From NCBI GenBank assembly GCA_027371855.1, contig DAHXLB010000032.1:10844-74843 (forward strand): a DNA stretch of 64,000 nucleotides, in the 5' to 3' direction. Position numbers and translations under genes: made by a program. The stretch's first letter is position 1. Every line of letters starts with the position of its first letter. The DNA comes from a bacterium. Its GTDB lineage: Bacteria > Patescibacteriota > Dojkabacteria > JAKAPS01 > JAJZLI01. The notes beneath the pieces are model-generated. The model saw only the letters and a list, made by a program, of their open reading frames with translations, had not been told where the DNA came from and did no database searches. Positions 9,281-18,836 of this stretch are shown here, one piece after another.

Positions 9281-9691
9281 TCAACCTATTTTTGATAATT
9301 CATCAATAAGATCTTTTGCTTTATTTATTTTTTTTGACTTTACACTTGAATATATATCCAAAATATCATCAGTATTAATACTTTTTGATCCAGCAAATTT
9401 TTTTATTTCATTTGATTCTAAGTCCACATTTATTACAGTTTTATTTATTACATTTAATGGTTTTATAACATACATAATATTTTTAGAAAGACAATTTTCA
9501 CACATCATATATATTATTGTAAGGTTTTCGTTTTTATCGATTATCTCTATACTCTCTTTGTCGTGTAGTGCACCACATTTATCACAGTATAAAGGTATTG
9601 ATCCTATAATATCATCTAATTTTAAGACATCTTTTTTTGAGATGGTTTCATTTTGCTCGGATTTTTTTGTTTTATTAATTTTTTCTTTCAT
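9281..9691 (-). CDS. hypothetical zinc-ribbon protein
   Basis: CDKC...CENC; likely start MKEKIN at 9691, 6 nt after TATAAT. Confidence 0.7.
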   Translation of the reverse strand: MKEKINKTKKSEQNETISKKDVLKLDDIIGSIPLYCDKCGALHDKESIEIIDKNENLTIIYMMCENCLSKNIMYVIKPLNVINKTVINVDLESNEIKKFAGSKSINTDDILDIYSSVKSKKINKAKDLIDELSKIG

Positions 9692-9741
9692 ACAATTATT
9701 ATACAACATTGTCTTCTAGTCTCAAAACAACCACAAAATAT

Positions 9742-10842
9742 CTAAGAGGAGTATTTTTTAGTCCTCATACTTATTGTAAAAATAAGGATAAATATTATAA
9801 GGGCAAATATTGCTAAGAATATAAGTTTATGGAAACCGGTTGCTATAAGAGCAATTATTCCTATAATTCCAGTGAAAGTATACTCAATAAGGGCTATTTT
9901 CTTTTGTGAATAACCAAGCTGTAACAACCTATGATGCAGATGCCTCTTGTCATTGATTTTCATTAAAGATAAAACCCCCTTAGGCCTCTCTTCTTTGATC
10001 CTTGTAAAAATGACCCACACAGCATCGATTATAGGGATAGATAACACCATAATAGTAGACCCTAATTTTGCTCCAGAATAAATAGCTAGTACTGCAATAA
10101 TAAAACCATAAACACTTTTTCCTGAAGATCCCGAGAATATTTTTGAAGGGTAGAAGTTAAAAAATAAGAACCCTAACATTAGTCCTGCAAAAATAAAACC
10201 CATAACTGCAGTATCGTAGGTTTGAAATCGTATAGAAACAAGGGCTATTATAATTACAGCAATAGAAACATTTCCTTCTGCGAGTCCATCTGTACCAGCC
10301 ATCCATTTTACTGCATTTATAATAAAAAGTATCCATATACAAGTAATTATGAATGATATTAGATATATTTTGGTACCTCCTACAGAGAATGGGATGAAGC
10401 TTAAAGAAGATATGCCCCCCAATGGTTTTGATACATAACTTATATCTATTCCTACCAGTGTTACACACAACGTTGCTATTATTTGCATTACAATTTGGAA
10501 TTTTGCAGATATATCATAAAAATCATCAATTATTCCTGTTATAACTAAAATCAAGATGCCTAAAATAAAGACCAATAGTTGTTTTGTTATTGGAACATTT
10601 ATCAAAGTTAATAGTACAAAAGGAAAAATAATTGCAGTTCCTCCAAGCTTTAATTTTTTAATGGCATGTATCCTTCTTGGTGCAGTAGGGTCAGTTCTTT
10701 CTGAAGGAGGATTGTCATAAACATGTAATTTTTCTGCAACCACCCTAACAATAGGAGTTAGAAAAAGTGAAATTAAAAAAGACTCTATAAAAAGGGGTAA
10801 ATAAATAAGGTATTTTAAATATTCAAAAGGTACAGATATCAT
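9742..10842 (-). CDS. MraY/WecA-TagO family polyprenyl-phosphate sugar-1-phosphate transferase
   Basis: LGGTAI, GIIDD, NAVKWMAGTDGL, FNFYPSKIF, HLHHRLL; many TMs. Confidence 0.9.
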   Translation of the reverse strand: MISVPFEYLKYLIYLPLFIESFLISLFLTPIVRVVAEKLHVYDNPPSERTDPTAPRRIHAIKKLKLGGTAIIFPFVLLTLINVPITKQLLVFILGILILVITGIIDDFYDISAKFQIVMQIIATLCVTLVGIDISYVSKPLGGISSLSFIPFSVGGTKIYLISFIITCIWILFIINAVKWMAGTDGLAEGNVSIAVIIIALVSIRFQTYDTAVMGFIFAGLMLGFLFFNFYPSKIFSGSSGKSVYGFIIAVLAIYSGAKLGSTIMVLSIPIIDAVWVIFTRIKEERPKGVLSLMKINDKRHLHHRLLQLGYSQKKIALIEYTFTGIIGIIALIATGFHKLIFLAIFALIIFILIFTISMRTKKYSS

Positions 10843-11327
10843 AGTGACATTTGCATAGTTTTATAAAAAGTTAAAAATAATAGAACACTAAATACCAAGT
10901 TTAATATGATAACAAGATATGCAATTTCTTTTATTCTATAATAAATTTTTAAATATATAAATATTGACACTAAGAAGAATAATATGTCGGCAAATATAAG
11001 AAAAAATAAAACATACTTAGATATTAGCTGTGGAACCCGATTAAAAAATAATACGGGAACCAAAGAGGGTACAGACAAAAAATATTTTACTATGAAAAAT
11101 AGCAAAAGCAAGATTATATAGAAGCTAACTATGCTATAAAATAGGAATAAAGGTCTTTTCCATAGTAAAAGCCTTTTTTGCACTCTAATACCTTCCTTTA
11201 TTTTTGAACCTAGGGACCCTGATCTTGGGTACCCGTATTTTAGGGATGTAAAAATATTATCTTTCACATTCCCAACCTCTAGTGGTATGGCCCCATATGA
11301 AGAATTTTGGTTTTTATTATCTTCCAT
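10839..11327 (-). CDS. membrane protein
   Basis: Three hydrophobic segments; 4-nt overlap with the downstream gene. Confidence 0.7.
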   Translation of the reverse strand: MEDNKNQNSSYGAIPLEVGNVKDNIFTSLKYGYPRSGSLGSKIKEGIRVQKRLLLWKRPLFLFYSIVSFYIILLLLFFIVKYFLSVPSLVPVLFFNRVPQLISKYVLFFLIFADILFFLVSIFIYLKIYYRIKEIAYLVIILNLVFSVLLFLTFYKTMQMSL

Positions 11328-11349
11328 AATGATTTGAGTATATCATAAG

Positions 11350-13449
11350 CTACTTTATAAGAAGGTTTATATACTGATACTTAGGGTTTGTTATATACAA
11401 GTTAAGGGTGTTATTTTTTATGTCTTGTCCAACAGTTTTAATTATAACAACTTTTTCTGTTTCATTGGAGTTTGTATATGCGCCAACAATGTTTTGTCCT
11501 AGAGGGGTAAGGTTATTTTGTGCATTTTTTGTTATGTATATAACGCCGGTATTATTTACTTTAAATGCTCTGTTAACGAGATTTGATATATTTGTTGATG
11601 TTACAGCTAAAGATGCACTTTTTGGTATTTGATTTAAATCACCTGCATTGTTTGGATTTATAACACTCATAATCTTTCCATCAGAAATTGTTACATACAC
11701 ATATTTTGTAATATTCCCTTGTATGTTAGACAGTGAGTTATTGTTAAGATAAATAAGAGTATAGGATTTACCCCCAGACAAGAGAGCGTAGTATGTTTGA
11801 GCCCTATTTTGGATATTTAAAAAACTGCTGTTTGCAAAACTAATTTCCAAAGACAGTCTTTGATACAAAGCAGACATTAACGAATGAGGACTTAACTCTA
11901 ATGCTGCAGTCTTTGCCTGCATTGATCCAAAAGAAGGAGAAGAGAGTGTCTGCATGTTTGAAATGAAGGCAGAATTTGTAGTAGTTAAATTTAGGGTATT
12001 TATAGAATTTATACTTTTAGTTGCATTTATTAAATAATACATAGCATTATTAAGGTTTAAAGCAGAAAGGGTCGTTTGTTTGGTAGGGGTAAAAAGACCA
12101 AATATTGACAATACTGGAGCATACATCCCAACATACGTTTTAAGAGTAGATATGTTGGATTGGGCATTTTTGTTATATAACAATGCTTCGCTGTATTGTC
12201 TAGAAGATAAATATTGTTGTTGTAGGGAAAGATTTGACAAAAGAGATTCATAGTTTATATAGGAATCTATTAATGGTGCAAGAATAAAAATAACGATAAG
12301 TATTACTATTAGGTATTTTAGGCCCTTCTTCTTTCTCCTTGTTTTTGTTAATTGTTTTTTTCTCTCTGGAGTAAACACTCCTTGATTAATATATTCGTTT
12401 TTTAAATATTGCTCCTTTATTTTATCAAAGTTAGAAAGATTAACTTTTTTAAAGGATCTGGATCCGAATGGATTTTTTACCTCTTCGTTTTTTGGAATAA
12501 CAGGTGCAGAATTTTCATCTTTAAATATAGAGGTAGGAACAATTTTACTAGTTACTTTTTCTCTTACGGTTTTTATTATTCCGTTCTCGAAACTAGTGTC
12601 GGGGGTCCAAGAGTCAAGGTTTCCAATGGTTGTTTTTATTCTATCCTCGGGCATATTTAACTCTTGGTCATTTTTTTCTTCTTCTTCAACTTTAAATCCG
12701 GTAAGGTCTGAAATTCTAAATGCCAGAGAAATATTAGACACATCTTCCTTGTTTGAAATCTTATATTCGCCCTCAAGGTCAGAGAACAAAACTTTAATAA
12801 TTGCATTCACAGCATCATCTTCGTACAAATAGTGGTAAAATCTATTTCTATTTTTAACTTTTATGATTTTATCTTCATCTATGCTTTTCAATATTGAATT
12901 TATAGGATTATTCAAAAATGCATCCATTGTTTCCCCGTAAACTTCCCCCATCTCTACAAGGCTACCAGTGGCGAGAGTTCCATTTCCCTCCCGCATTTCT
13001 TTTCTAGTTTTTGTTTTCAAACCTTCCTCTACTTCGTTAAATTGTTCATCGTCTGTTTTATTTATATTTGTAACAACTAAATACCTGCTATGGTTTTTTA
13101 GGGCTATCTCAAAAAATAGATCTATGTTTTTAAGTATTCTTGCTGGAGTTATTCCATAAATGCTATTAAACCCTCCAAAAAAAATTGCAAAATTTATTTC
13201 CTCTAGTATTTCTACTAAGTCTGAGTTAGATGCTATGTCTAGTATTTTTATTTCTCCTTTACTATGTTTATCTTTTATTAGTTTTAATTTTCTTACGCTC
13301 TCTGAGTTGTTTTTTGAAAATTCGTCTAATATTATTACATTGCCTCCTTCTTCTACTATATTTTCGGCCAATTTAATTGCGCAAAAATTTCCGCCATTGA
13401 ATATCAGCGTGGTAGGAAGTTTTTTTGCAAATGTAATTTTTGTAGTCAT
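11350..13449 (-). CDS. degenerate NAD-dependent epimerase-like domain fused to TM and extracellular domain
   Basis: N-terminal extended-SDR remnants (EVYGE, YLYEDDAV, W-x-P-x-TSFENGI-x-KT), a TM near residue 380, and a S/T/N-rich C-terminal domain. Confidence 0.65.
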   Translation of the reverse strand: MTTKITFAKKLPTTLIFNGGNFCAIKLAENIVEEGGNVIILDEFSKNNSESVRKLKLIKDKHSKGEIKILDIASNSDLVEILEEINFAIFFGGFNSIYGITPARILKNIDLFFEIALKNHSRYLVVTNINKTDDEQFNEVEEGLKTKTRKEMREGNGTLATGSLVEMGEVYGETMDAFLNNPINSILKSIDEDKIIKVKNRNRFYHYLYEDDAVNAIIKVLFSDLEGEYKISNKEDVSNISLAFRISDLTGFKVEEEEKNDQELNMPEDRIKTTIGNLDSWTPDTSFENGIIKTVREKVTSKIVPTSIFKDENSAPVIPKNEEVKNPFGSRSFKKVNLSNFDKIKEQYLKNEYINQGVFTPERKKQLTKTRRKKKGLKYLIVILIVIFILAPLIDSYINYESLLSNLSLQQQYLSSRQYSEALLYNKNAQSNISTLKTYVGMYAPVLSIFGLFTPTKQTTLSALNLNNAMYYLINATKSINSINTLNLTTTNSAFISNMQTLSSPSFGSMQAKTAALELSPHSLMSALYQRLSLEISFANSSFLNIQNRAQTYYALLSGGKSYTLIYLNNNSLSNIQGNITKYVYVTISDGKIMSVINPNNAGDLNQIPKSASLAVTSTNISNLVNRAFKVNNTGVIYITKNAQNNLTPLGQNIVGAYTNSNETEKVVIIKTVGQDIKNNTLNLYITNPKYQYINLLIK

Positions 13450-13464
13450 AATTATGAATTTGTA

Positions 13465-13533
13465 GATGTTAACCTCCCAGAGGCTGACCTCCAGAGGTTG
13501 GTCTCCAGAGGCTAGCCTCCCGAGGCCAGTCTT
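13465..13533. repeat. array of five 12-bp mini-palindromes (GAGG-N4-CCTC type), 14-15 bp period
   Basis: gatgttaacctc, gaggctgacctc, gaggttggtctc, gaggctagcctc, gaggccagtctt; the CTAG of unit 4 is the stop codon of the PEGA gene. Confidence 0.85.
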
Positions 13534-14132
13534 AAAGGTATTTCAAAAAGTTGAACCTTAACATAAACATCATACCCTTCTTTGAGATTAACTTCTATAC
13601 TCTTTTGAATATACCCTGGAGAGGCCAATGTTATATTATAAGCTCCAGGAGGTAATATTTTTTCTAGGAAAGAAGAGGTTTTTATATATTTTTTATTAAT
13701 AAAAATTTCAGACTTTGTATTCACACTAAGATTTATTGAGGATGAACTAGAAAAGTTATTTTTAAAATAGAATATTGCACCAGAAGAAAAATTTGATGAA
13801 GGACCCATGTTCCATTCAATTATTGTCGCGTTGTTCCCTTCAAAAGGGATTGTCTCTAGAAATGGAGAGTAAAAATTTGAGGTAGATGCTAATCTTATTA
13901 TTTTTACAGAGTGTACCCCAGAACTTATATTGTGTACGGACAAAGGAGTTGTTCCATAATATTTGTTGTCAATATATACTTTTCCTTCTCCGCTTTTCAG
14001 GGTTACCACCAAAGAAGAAGTTCCTCCTTTTCGGTATATATTAAATATTTGTTTTGTTACTGTTGGCTCAATTATTATAACAATTAGGGCCAAAAGGAGG
14101 ACTAACATTATTTCGGGCAGTTTTCTTTTCAT
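13512..14132 (-). CDS. PEGA domain-containing membrane-anchored protein
   Basis: N-terminal TM; VYIDNKYYGTTPL...SGVHSVKI and LPPGAYNITLASPGY PEGA repeats. Confidence 0.85.
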   Translation of the reverse strand: MKRKLPEIMLVLLLALIVIIIEPTVTKQIFNIYRKGGTSSLVVTLKSGEGKVYIDNKYYGTTPLSVHNISSGVHSVKIIRLASTSNFYSPFLETIPFEGNNATIIEWNMGPSSNFSSGAIFYFKNNFSSSSSINLSVNTKSEIFINKKYIKTSSFLEKILPPGAYNITLASPGYIQKSIEVNLKEGYDVYVKVQLFEIPLRLASGG

Positions 14133-14140
14133 TTGTCTAA

Positions 14141-14191
14141 ATTATACTTTCTCTTTAGGTTCTTGACAAGACGTAGGAGGAGTGATAAGAT
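14141..14191. promoter_or_regulatory. overlapping divergent sigma70 promoters sharing one -35 region
   Basis: Plus: TTGACA 14163-68, 17 bp, TGn-TAAGAT 14186-91. Minus: TTGTCA 14169-64, 17 bp, TATAAT 14146-41. Confidence 0.65.
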
Positions 14192-14192
14192 A

Positions 14193-14219
14193 TTGGCAGT
14201 TAATATTAAGCTTTGCTAA
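14193..14219 (+). promoter_or_regulatory. degenerate CIRCE operator
   Basis: TTGGCAGTT-N9-CTTTGCTAA versus consensus TTAGCACTC-N9-GAGTGCTAA, located between the -10 and the hrcA ATG. Confidence 0.7.
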
Positions 14220-14225
14220 AAACAT

Positions 14226-14948
14226 ATGACTCCAAGGCAAGAAAGAATATTGGAATGTATAATCTTGGAGTTTATGCAGACAGCACAAGCCGTAGGATCG
14301 GTTTCTGTTGCAGATAAGTATAATATAAAAGCTTCTCCTGCAACTATTAGGAATGAAATGGCCGACCTTATAGGGCTTGGGTTCATTGAAAAAGAACATT
14401 TTTCTGCTGGTAGAGTTCCTACTTCCGTAGGATTTCGATACTACATAGAACATATGTTAAAAGAAGACGAAATGGGCTATGTGCAGGAGATGAATATAAA
14501 GGAAGGCTTCCATGATGCTAGATTTCAAAGAGACAAACTTTTAAGGACTGCGGTGGAAACGTTGTCTTCAAGTCTGAAATATGCAGCAGTGGCTCTGTTT
14601 GAGGATGCACTTTTTTACTCAGGTATTTCCGAAATTTTGGATTATCCTGAATTTGAAGATATCTCTGTTTTAAAAAATGTTGTTTCAGTGTTAGAGAATT
14701 ATAATATCTTGGAGTCTATTTTTGAAAAAGGGGTCGCATATGAGGCAGACGTGAAGGTTTTAATAGGAGAGGAATCTGGATTTAATAGTTTTAAAAATTC
14801 AGCAATTGTCTTCTCTGGGTTTAGACTTCACAGAGGAGAGCAGGGGTACATAGCAGTGATAGGGCCTTATAGGATGGATTACAAAAGGGTGTTTCCTGTT
14901 TTAAGATTTGTTACTGATTCCCTAGAAGAAGTAACCGCAGGATGGTAA
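14226..14948 (+). CDS. hrcA: heat-inducible transcription repressor HrcA (short form)
   Basis: RQERIL, VGS, SPATIRNEMADL, SAGRVPT, GFRYY, IGPYRMDY; first gene of hrcA-grpE-dnaK. Confidence 0.93.
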   Translation: MTPRQERILECIILEFMQTAQAVGSVSVADKYNIKASPATIRNEMADLIGLGFIEKEHFSAGRVPTSVGFRYYIEHMLKEDEMGYVQEMNIKEGFHDARFQRDKLLRTAVETLSSSLKYAAVALFEDALFYSGISEILDYPEFEDISVLKNVVSVLENYNILESIFEKGVAYEADVKVLIGEESGFNSFKNSAIVFSGFRLHRGEQGYIAVIGPYRMDYKRVFPVLRFVTDSLEEVTAGW

Positions 14949-14990
14949 CCGTCTAGACGGGGACCTTTCAGGCGGAGGGCATCTTGGTGG
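14949..14990. repeat. mini-palindrome array after hrcA stop
   Basis: Perfect CCGTCTAGACGG at 14949-60, then degenerate units at 14964 and 14979 (15-bp period). Confidence 0.65.
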
Positions 14991-15034
14991 TAATAAAAAA
15001 TTAATTTAAACATAAAATTTTAATAAAAAACATT

Positions 15035-15634
15035 ATGACAGAGAAAAAACAAAAAAAAGACCTAGGTCAAAAAGATTTAGATCCAAAGGGTCTGGACCCA
15101 AAAGTAGGAGATGTAACAGAAGAAGTTCTTGAGGAGATTGACAAAAGAGATGGAGAAATAAAATCTTTAAAAGAGGAACTGGAAAAAACAACAAATTTAC
15201 TAAAGAGTGCATTGTCTGATTATCAGAATTTAAAAAAGAGAACGGAAACGGAGAAGGATAATATGGTTGGGATAACGAATAGTTTGCTACTTCGTCAATT
15301 TTTAGAAATATCTGATGATATTTATACATACATTTCTCATCTTGAAAAGAGTGAGAAAGATGGGAATGAAAAAGTTAGTATCTCTGAAATAAAAAATGGA
15401 ATAAAGCTTATTTTTGATAAATGTAATGATATTGTCAAAAGTCAGGGGGCTCAGATTATGGAAGTTGCAGAAGGAGATACGTTCTCTCCTTTGCATCATG
15501 AAGTAATAGGGACAGTAAATGTTGAAGACCCAGAGAAAGAGAACAAGGTAATCCAAGTAGTAAGGGTTGGGTATGAGCAGAACGGAAAAGTTATAAGGGC
15601 AGCAAGAATAATTGTTGGAAAAAAAGAATCTTGA
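15035..15634 (+). CDS. grpE: nucleotide exchange factor GrpE
   Basis: SDYQNLKKRTE, FSPLHHEV, GYEQNGKVIRAARIIV; position before dnaK. Confidence 0.93.
   Translation: MTEKKQKKDLGQKDLDPKGLDPKVGDVTEEVLEEIDKRDGEIKSLKEELEKTTNLLKSALSDYQNLKKRTETEKDNMVGITNSLLLRQFLEISDDIYTYISHLEKSEKDGNEKVSISEIKNGIKLIFDKCNDIVKSQGAQIMEVAEGDTFSPLHHEVIGTVNVEDPEKENKVIQVVRVGYEQNGKVIRAARIIVGKKES
15058..15099. repeat. in-frame mini-palindrome array in grpE 5' end
   Basis: agacctaggtca-aaa-agatttagatcc-aaa-gggtctggaccc, encoding DLGQKDLDPKGLDPK. Confidence 0.85.
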
Positions 15635-15665
15635 TTCAAGAATCTTGATTCAAGAATCTTGATTT
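15626..15665. repeat. 3x 14-bp tandem repeat GAATCTTGATTC-AA over grpE stop
   Basis: Near-perfect triplication; each unit has GAATC/GATTC arms; the TGA stop lies in unit 1. Confidence 0.9.
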
Positions 15666-15705
15666 AGAAATTAGTTTAGAAATTTAATTTAGTTAATATA
15701 TCGTT

Positions 15706-17676
15706 ATGGCAAAAATATTAGGAATAGATTTAGGGACAACAAATTCAGCAATGGCTGTTATGGAAGGAGGGACACCTACTATAATAGAAAATAGCGAGGG
15801 TGCACGTACAACCCCTTCTGTTATAGCAATATTAAATGATAAATCTAGGGCAGTAGGTGTTACGGCAAAAAATCAGATGGTTCTAAATCCGAAGAATACT
15901 TTTTATTCTATAAAAAGACTTATAGGAAGAACATTTGACGACCCAGAGGTTCAGAGAGATGTAAAATTACTCCCATTTGAGATAAGAAAATCCGGAGGTG
16001 GAGGGATAGAAATTAAATTTGGAGATGAATGGTTGGCTCCAGAGGCAATTTCAGCAATGGTTTTGTCTAAACTAAAACAGGACGCAGAAAGTTTTCTTGG
16101 AGAAAAAATAACAGAAGCTGTAATTACAGTTCCTGCATACTTTGACGATTCTCAAAGGCAGGCAACCAAAAATGCCGGCAAAATAGCAGGCTTGGATGTA
16201 AAGAGAATAGTAAATGAACCTACTGCCGCAGCATTAGCTTATGGTTTTGATAAAAAAGGGGAACAGACAATTGCAGTATATGACCTTGGTGGAGGAACTT
16301 TTGATATTTCAATATTAGAACTTGGAGATGGAGTTTTTGAGGTTATATCAACGAATGGGGATACCCATCTTGGAGGAGATGATTTTGACAGAAAAATAAT
16401 TGATTACTTGGCTGAAGATTTTAAAAAAACTAACGGCGTTGATCTAAGGAAAGACTCTTCTGCGCTACAAAGACTTAAAGAGGCTGCTGAAAAAGCAAAG
16501 ATAGAACTTTCTTCTACGGCTCAAACACAAATAAATATTCCTTTCATAACCGCAGACGCATCTGGCCCAAAACATTTAAACATAACTATGACAAGAGCTC
16601 AGCTTGAGAATCTGGTGGGCGACTTAGTAAAAGAAACTATGGAGCCAGTAAAAAAAGCCTTGGCTGATGCAAAAAAGACTCCTTCTGACATTGATGAAAT
16701 TATTCTTGTAGGAGGGATGACTAGAATGCCAGCGATAGTTGATGCAGTAAAAGAATTTTTTAAGAAGGAGCCAAATAAAAGCGTGAACCCAGACGAAGTT
16801 GTTGCTGTTGGAGCAGCAGTTCAAGCTGGAGTCCTAGCAGGAGATGTTAGAGATGTAACATTACTTGACGTAACACCCCTATCTTTAGGACTTGAAACGT
16901 TGGGAGGTGTATCCACAAGACTTATAGAAAGGAATTCTACAATCCCTATTCAAAAAAAACAGGTATTTACTACTGCCGCAGATAGCCAGACTTCCGTTGA
17001 GATACATATATTGCAAGGAGAAAGGGAGATGGCAGCAGATAACAAAACATTGGGGAGATTTATTCTTGACGGTATTGCTCCCGCTCCAAGAGGTATTCCT
17101 CAAGTAGAGGTGGCCTTTGATATAGATGCAAACGGTATATTAAAAGTATATGCTTCTGATAAGGCTACTGGTAAAAGTCAGCATATTACTGTAACGGCAA
17201 ATACTGCTTTATCAGACGAAGAGGTTGAGAAACTCCTTAAAGAAGCAAAGGAACATGAAGAAGAAGACAGGGCAAAGAAAGAGGGTGTTGAGATTAAAAA
17301 TACTGCAGAAACGGTAATATTTTCATCTGAAAAATTTGTAGATGAAAACAAAGATAAAATTCCGGAAGATAAAAAAACTCAACTAGCCGATAAAATTGCA
17401 AATCTAAAAGAAGTTTCTTCAAAAGAACCGGTGTCAAAGGAAGAAATTCAAACTGCAATAAATGAGCTTGAAACTTTGATGCAAGAGATTGGAAGTTCTA
17501 TGTATCAACAGTCTGAGCCTCAAGGAGGAGAGCCTCAAGGAGGCGAACCACAGGGTGGAGAGCATCAGGAAGGTGACCCAGAATCAGGATCTTCAGAAGG
17601 GGGGCAAACTCCGGGGGAGCAAACTCCACCAGAAGATGGAGGAGAACCTGTTGCTAAAGAAGGAGAGGTGCTTTAG
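15706..17676 (+). CDS. dnaK: molecular chaperone DnaK
   Basis: [43 protein letters not shown]. Confidence 0.99.
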   Translation: MAKILGIDLGTTNSAMAVMEGGTPTIIENSEGARTTPSVIAILNDKSRAVGVTAKNQMVLNPKNTFYSIKRLIGRTFDDPEVQRDVKLLPFEIRKSGGGGIEIKFGDEWLAPEAISAMVLSKLKQDAESFLGEKITEAVITVPAYFDDSQRQATKNAGKIAGLDVKRIVNEPTAAALAYGFDKKGEQTIAVYDLGGGTFDISILELGDGVFEVISTNGDTHLGGDDFDRKIIDYLAEDFKKTNGVDLRKDSSALQRLKEAAEKAKIELSSTAQTQINIPFITADASGPKHLNITMTRAQLENLVGDLVKETMEPVKKALADAKKTPSDIDEIILVGGMTRMPAIVDAVKEFFKKEPNKSVNPDEVVAVGAAVQAGVLAGDVRDVTLLDVTPLSLGLETLGGVSTRLIERNSTIPIQKKQVFTTAADSQTSVEIHILQGEREMAADNKTLGRFILDGIAPAPRGIPQVEVAFDIDANGILKVYASDKATGKSQHITVTANTALSDEEVEKLLKEAKEHEEEDRAKKEGVEIKNTAETVIFSSEKFVDENKDKIPEDKKTQLADKIANLKEVSSKEPVSKEEIQTAINELETLMQEIGSSMYQQSEPQGGEPQGGEPQGGEHQEGDPESGSSEGGQTPGEQTPPEDGGEPVAKEGEVL

Positions 17677-17692
17677 GAAAATAGGAAAATAA

Positions 17693-17720
17693 AAAAAGGG
17701 GGAATAAACTCCCCCTTTTT
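17693..17720. terminator. bidirectional intrinsic terminator
   Basis: AAAAAGGGGGA-ATAAAC-TCCCCCTTTTT between dnaK and a convergent small ORF. Confidence 0.85.
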
Positions 17721-17732
17721 AGGTCTTGGTAG

Positions 17733-17948
17733 TTATAAGGACTCTCTTTTTAAAAATGCATTGAGTTTTATCGCCACATTTTCTGTTAGAGGTTTAACTT
17801 TTTTTGTATTTTTTTGCTGTATAACCATTACAGAGAATTGATCATCTTCAAATGATAACAAAGATAGATCGTTTACAAAATTATCTTTTTCATTTTCGGG
17901 CATTACATCTTCTAGTCCTAATTGTGAAATTATATTTTTATCTCTCAT
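17733..17948 (-). CDS. small hypothetical protein
   Basis: 71-aa ORF in otherwise empty space, ending at the bidirectional terminator. Confidence 0.5.
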   Translation of the reverse strand: MRDKNIISQLGLEDVMPENEKDNFVNDLSLLSFEDDQFSVMVIQQKNTKKVKPLTENVAIKLNAFLKRESL

Positions 17949-18175
17949 TGAATCAAGATCCTATTAATTTATAAAATAAATGCAATATTATCTATGTTAA
18001 TTATATAACATTAAAGTTACATTATATAATATACTAATAAACAAATGTTACACAATGAGTATATTAGAATTCATTAGTATTAACAACCTTTAGCAAAATC
18101 ACCTAAGGGTTATATAATTGAGTGTTATGCATATAATCATTTGCAATAGACACATTTAAGGGGTATAGTTATAAC

Positions 18176-18805
18176 ATGAAAATCTTTGATGTATCTCAAC
18201 TTTTAGATGACAATACTCCCATCTATCCAGGGAACCCAATATTTGATACGACCTTCCAGTCAACTTTAACTACAGGAAAATCTAATGTTTCAAAGATCAC
18301 AATGGGATCTCATTTTGGTACACACATAGACGCTCCTTTGCATATGAAAGATAAAGGATTGTCTATTTCTGATATTCCCCTAGATACCTTCATAGGAAAA
18401 TGTACAGTTCTTGATTTAACTGATGTTGAAATCTCAATAACAGAAGATGACATTAAAATGGCTAGTCCTGAGAATACAGAGCCTAATAAAATATTAGTTC
18501 TAAAGACTAAAAATTCTATTAGAGGGTTTGAGGAGTTTCATCCTGATTTTATATACCTAGAGCCTAGTGCGGCAGAATATATTGTACAGAAAAAAATAAA
18601 ACTTCTGGCTACAGATGGCCCATCAGTAAAAAAATTTCATAGTGAAGATTTAATACATAAATTTTTGTTTGATCACAATGTTATTATTGCAGAAGGATTG
18701 GTGTTGCAAAATGTAGAAAATGGAGAGTATACTTTTATTGGAGCACCATTAAAATTTGAAGGCCTTGATGCTTCGCCTTGTAGGATTTTTTTAATTAAAG
18801 AATGA
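18176..18805 (+). CDS. cyclase family metal-dependent hydrolase (kynurenine formamidase fold)
   Basis: HFGTHIDAPLH (HxGTHxDxPxH) motif; D-x-PS, E-x-L, PLK...DASPCR. Confidence 0.9.
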   Translation: MKIFDVSQLLDDNTPIYPGNPIFDTTFQSTLTTGKSNVSKITMGSHFGTHIDAPLHMKDKGLSISDIPLDTFIGKCTVLDLTDVEISITEDDIKMASPENTEPNKILVLKTKNSIRGFEEFHPDFIYLEPSAAEYIVQKKIKLLATDGPSVKKFHSEDLIHKFLFDHNVIIAEGLVLQNVENGEYTFIGAPLKFEGLDASPCRIFLIKE

Positions 18806-18836
18806 TTTTGAAATATTTAGACAAAAAAAGGACCTA

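Noticed and set aside
15632-15634. Alternative genetic code 25 (UGA=Gly) as in Gracilibacteria/Absconditabacteria
   Set aside because: TGA ends grpE and the cyclase gene at expected positions, and conserved genes are uninterrupted under code 11.
17949-18175. tRNA or structured ncRNA in this and other intergenic gaps
   Set aside because: Very AT-rich with no cloverleaf, T-loop GTTC motif or stable stems; the content is explained by promoters.
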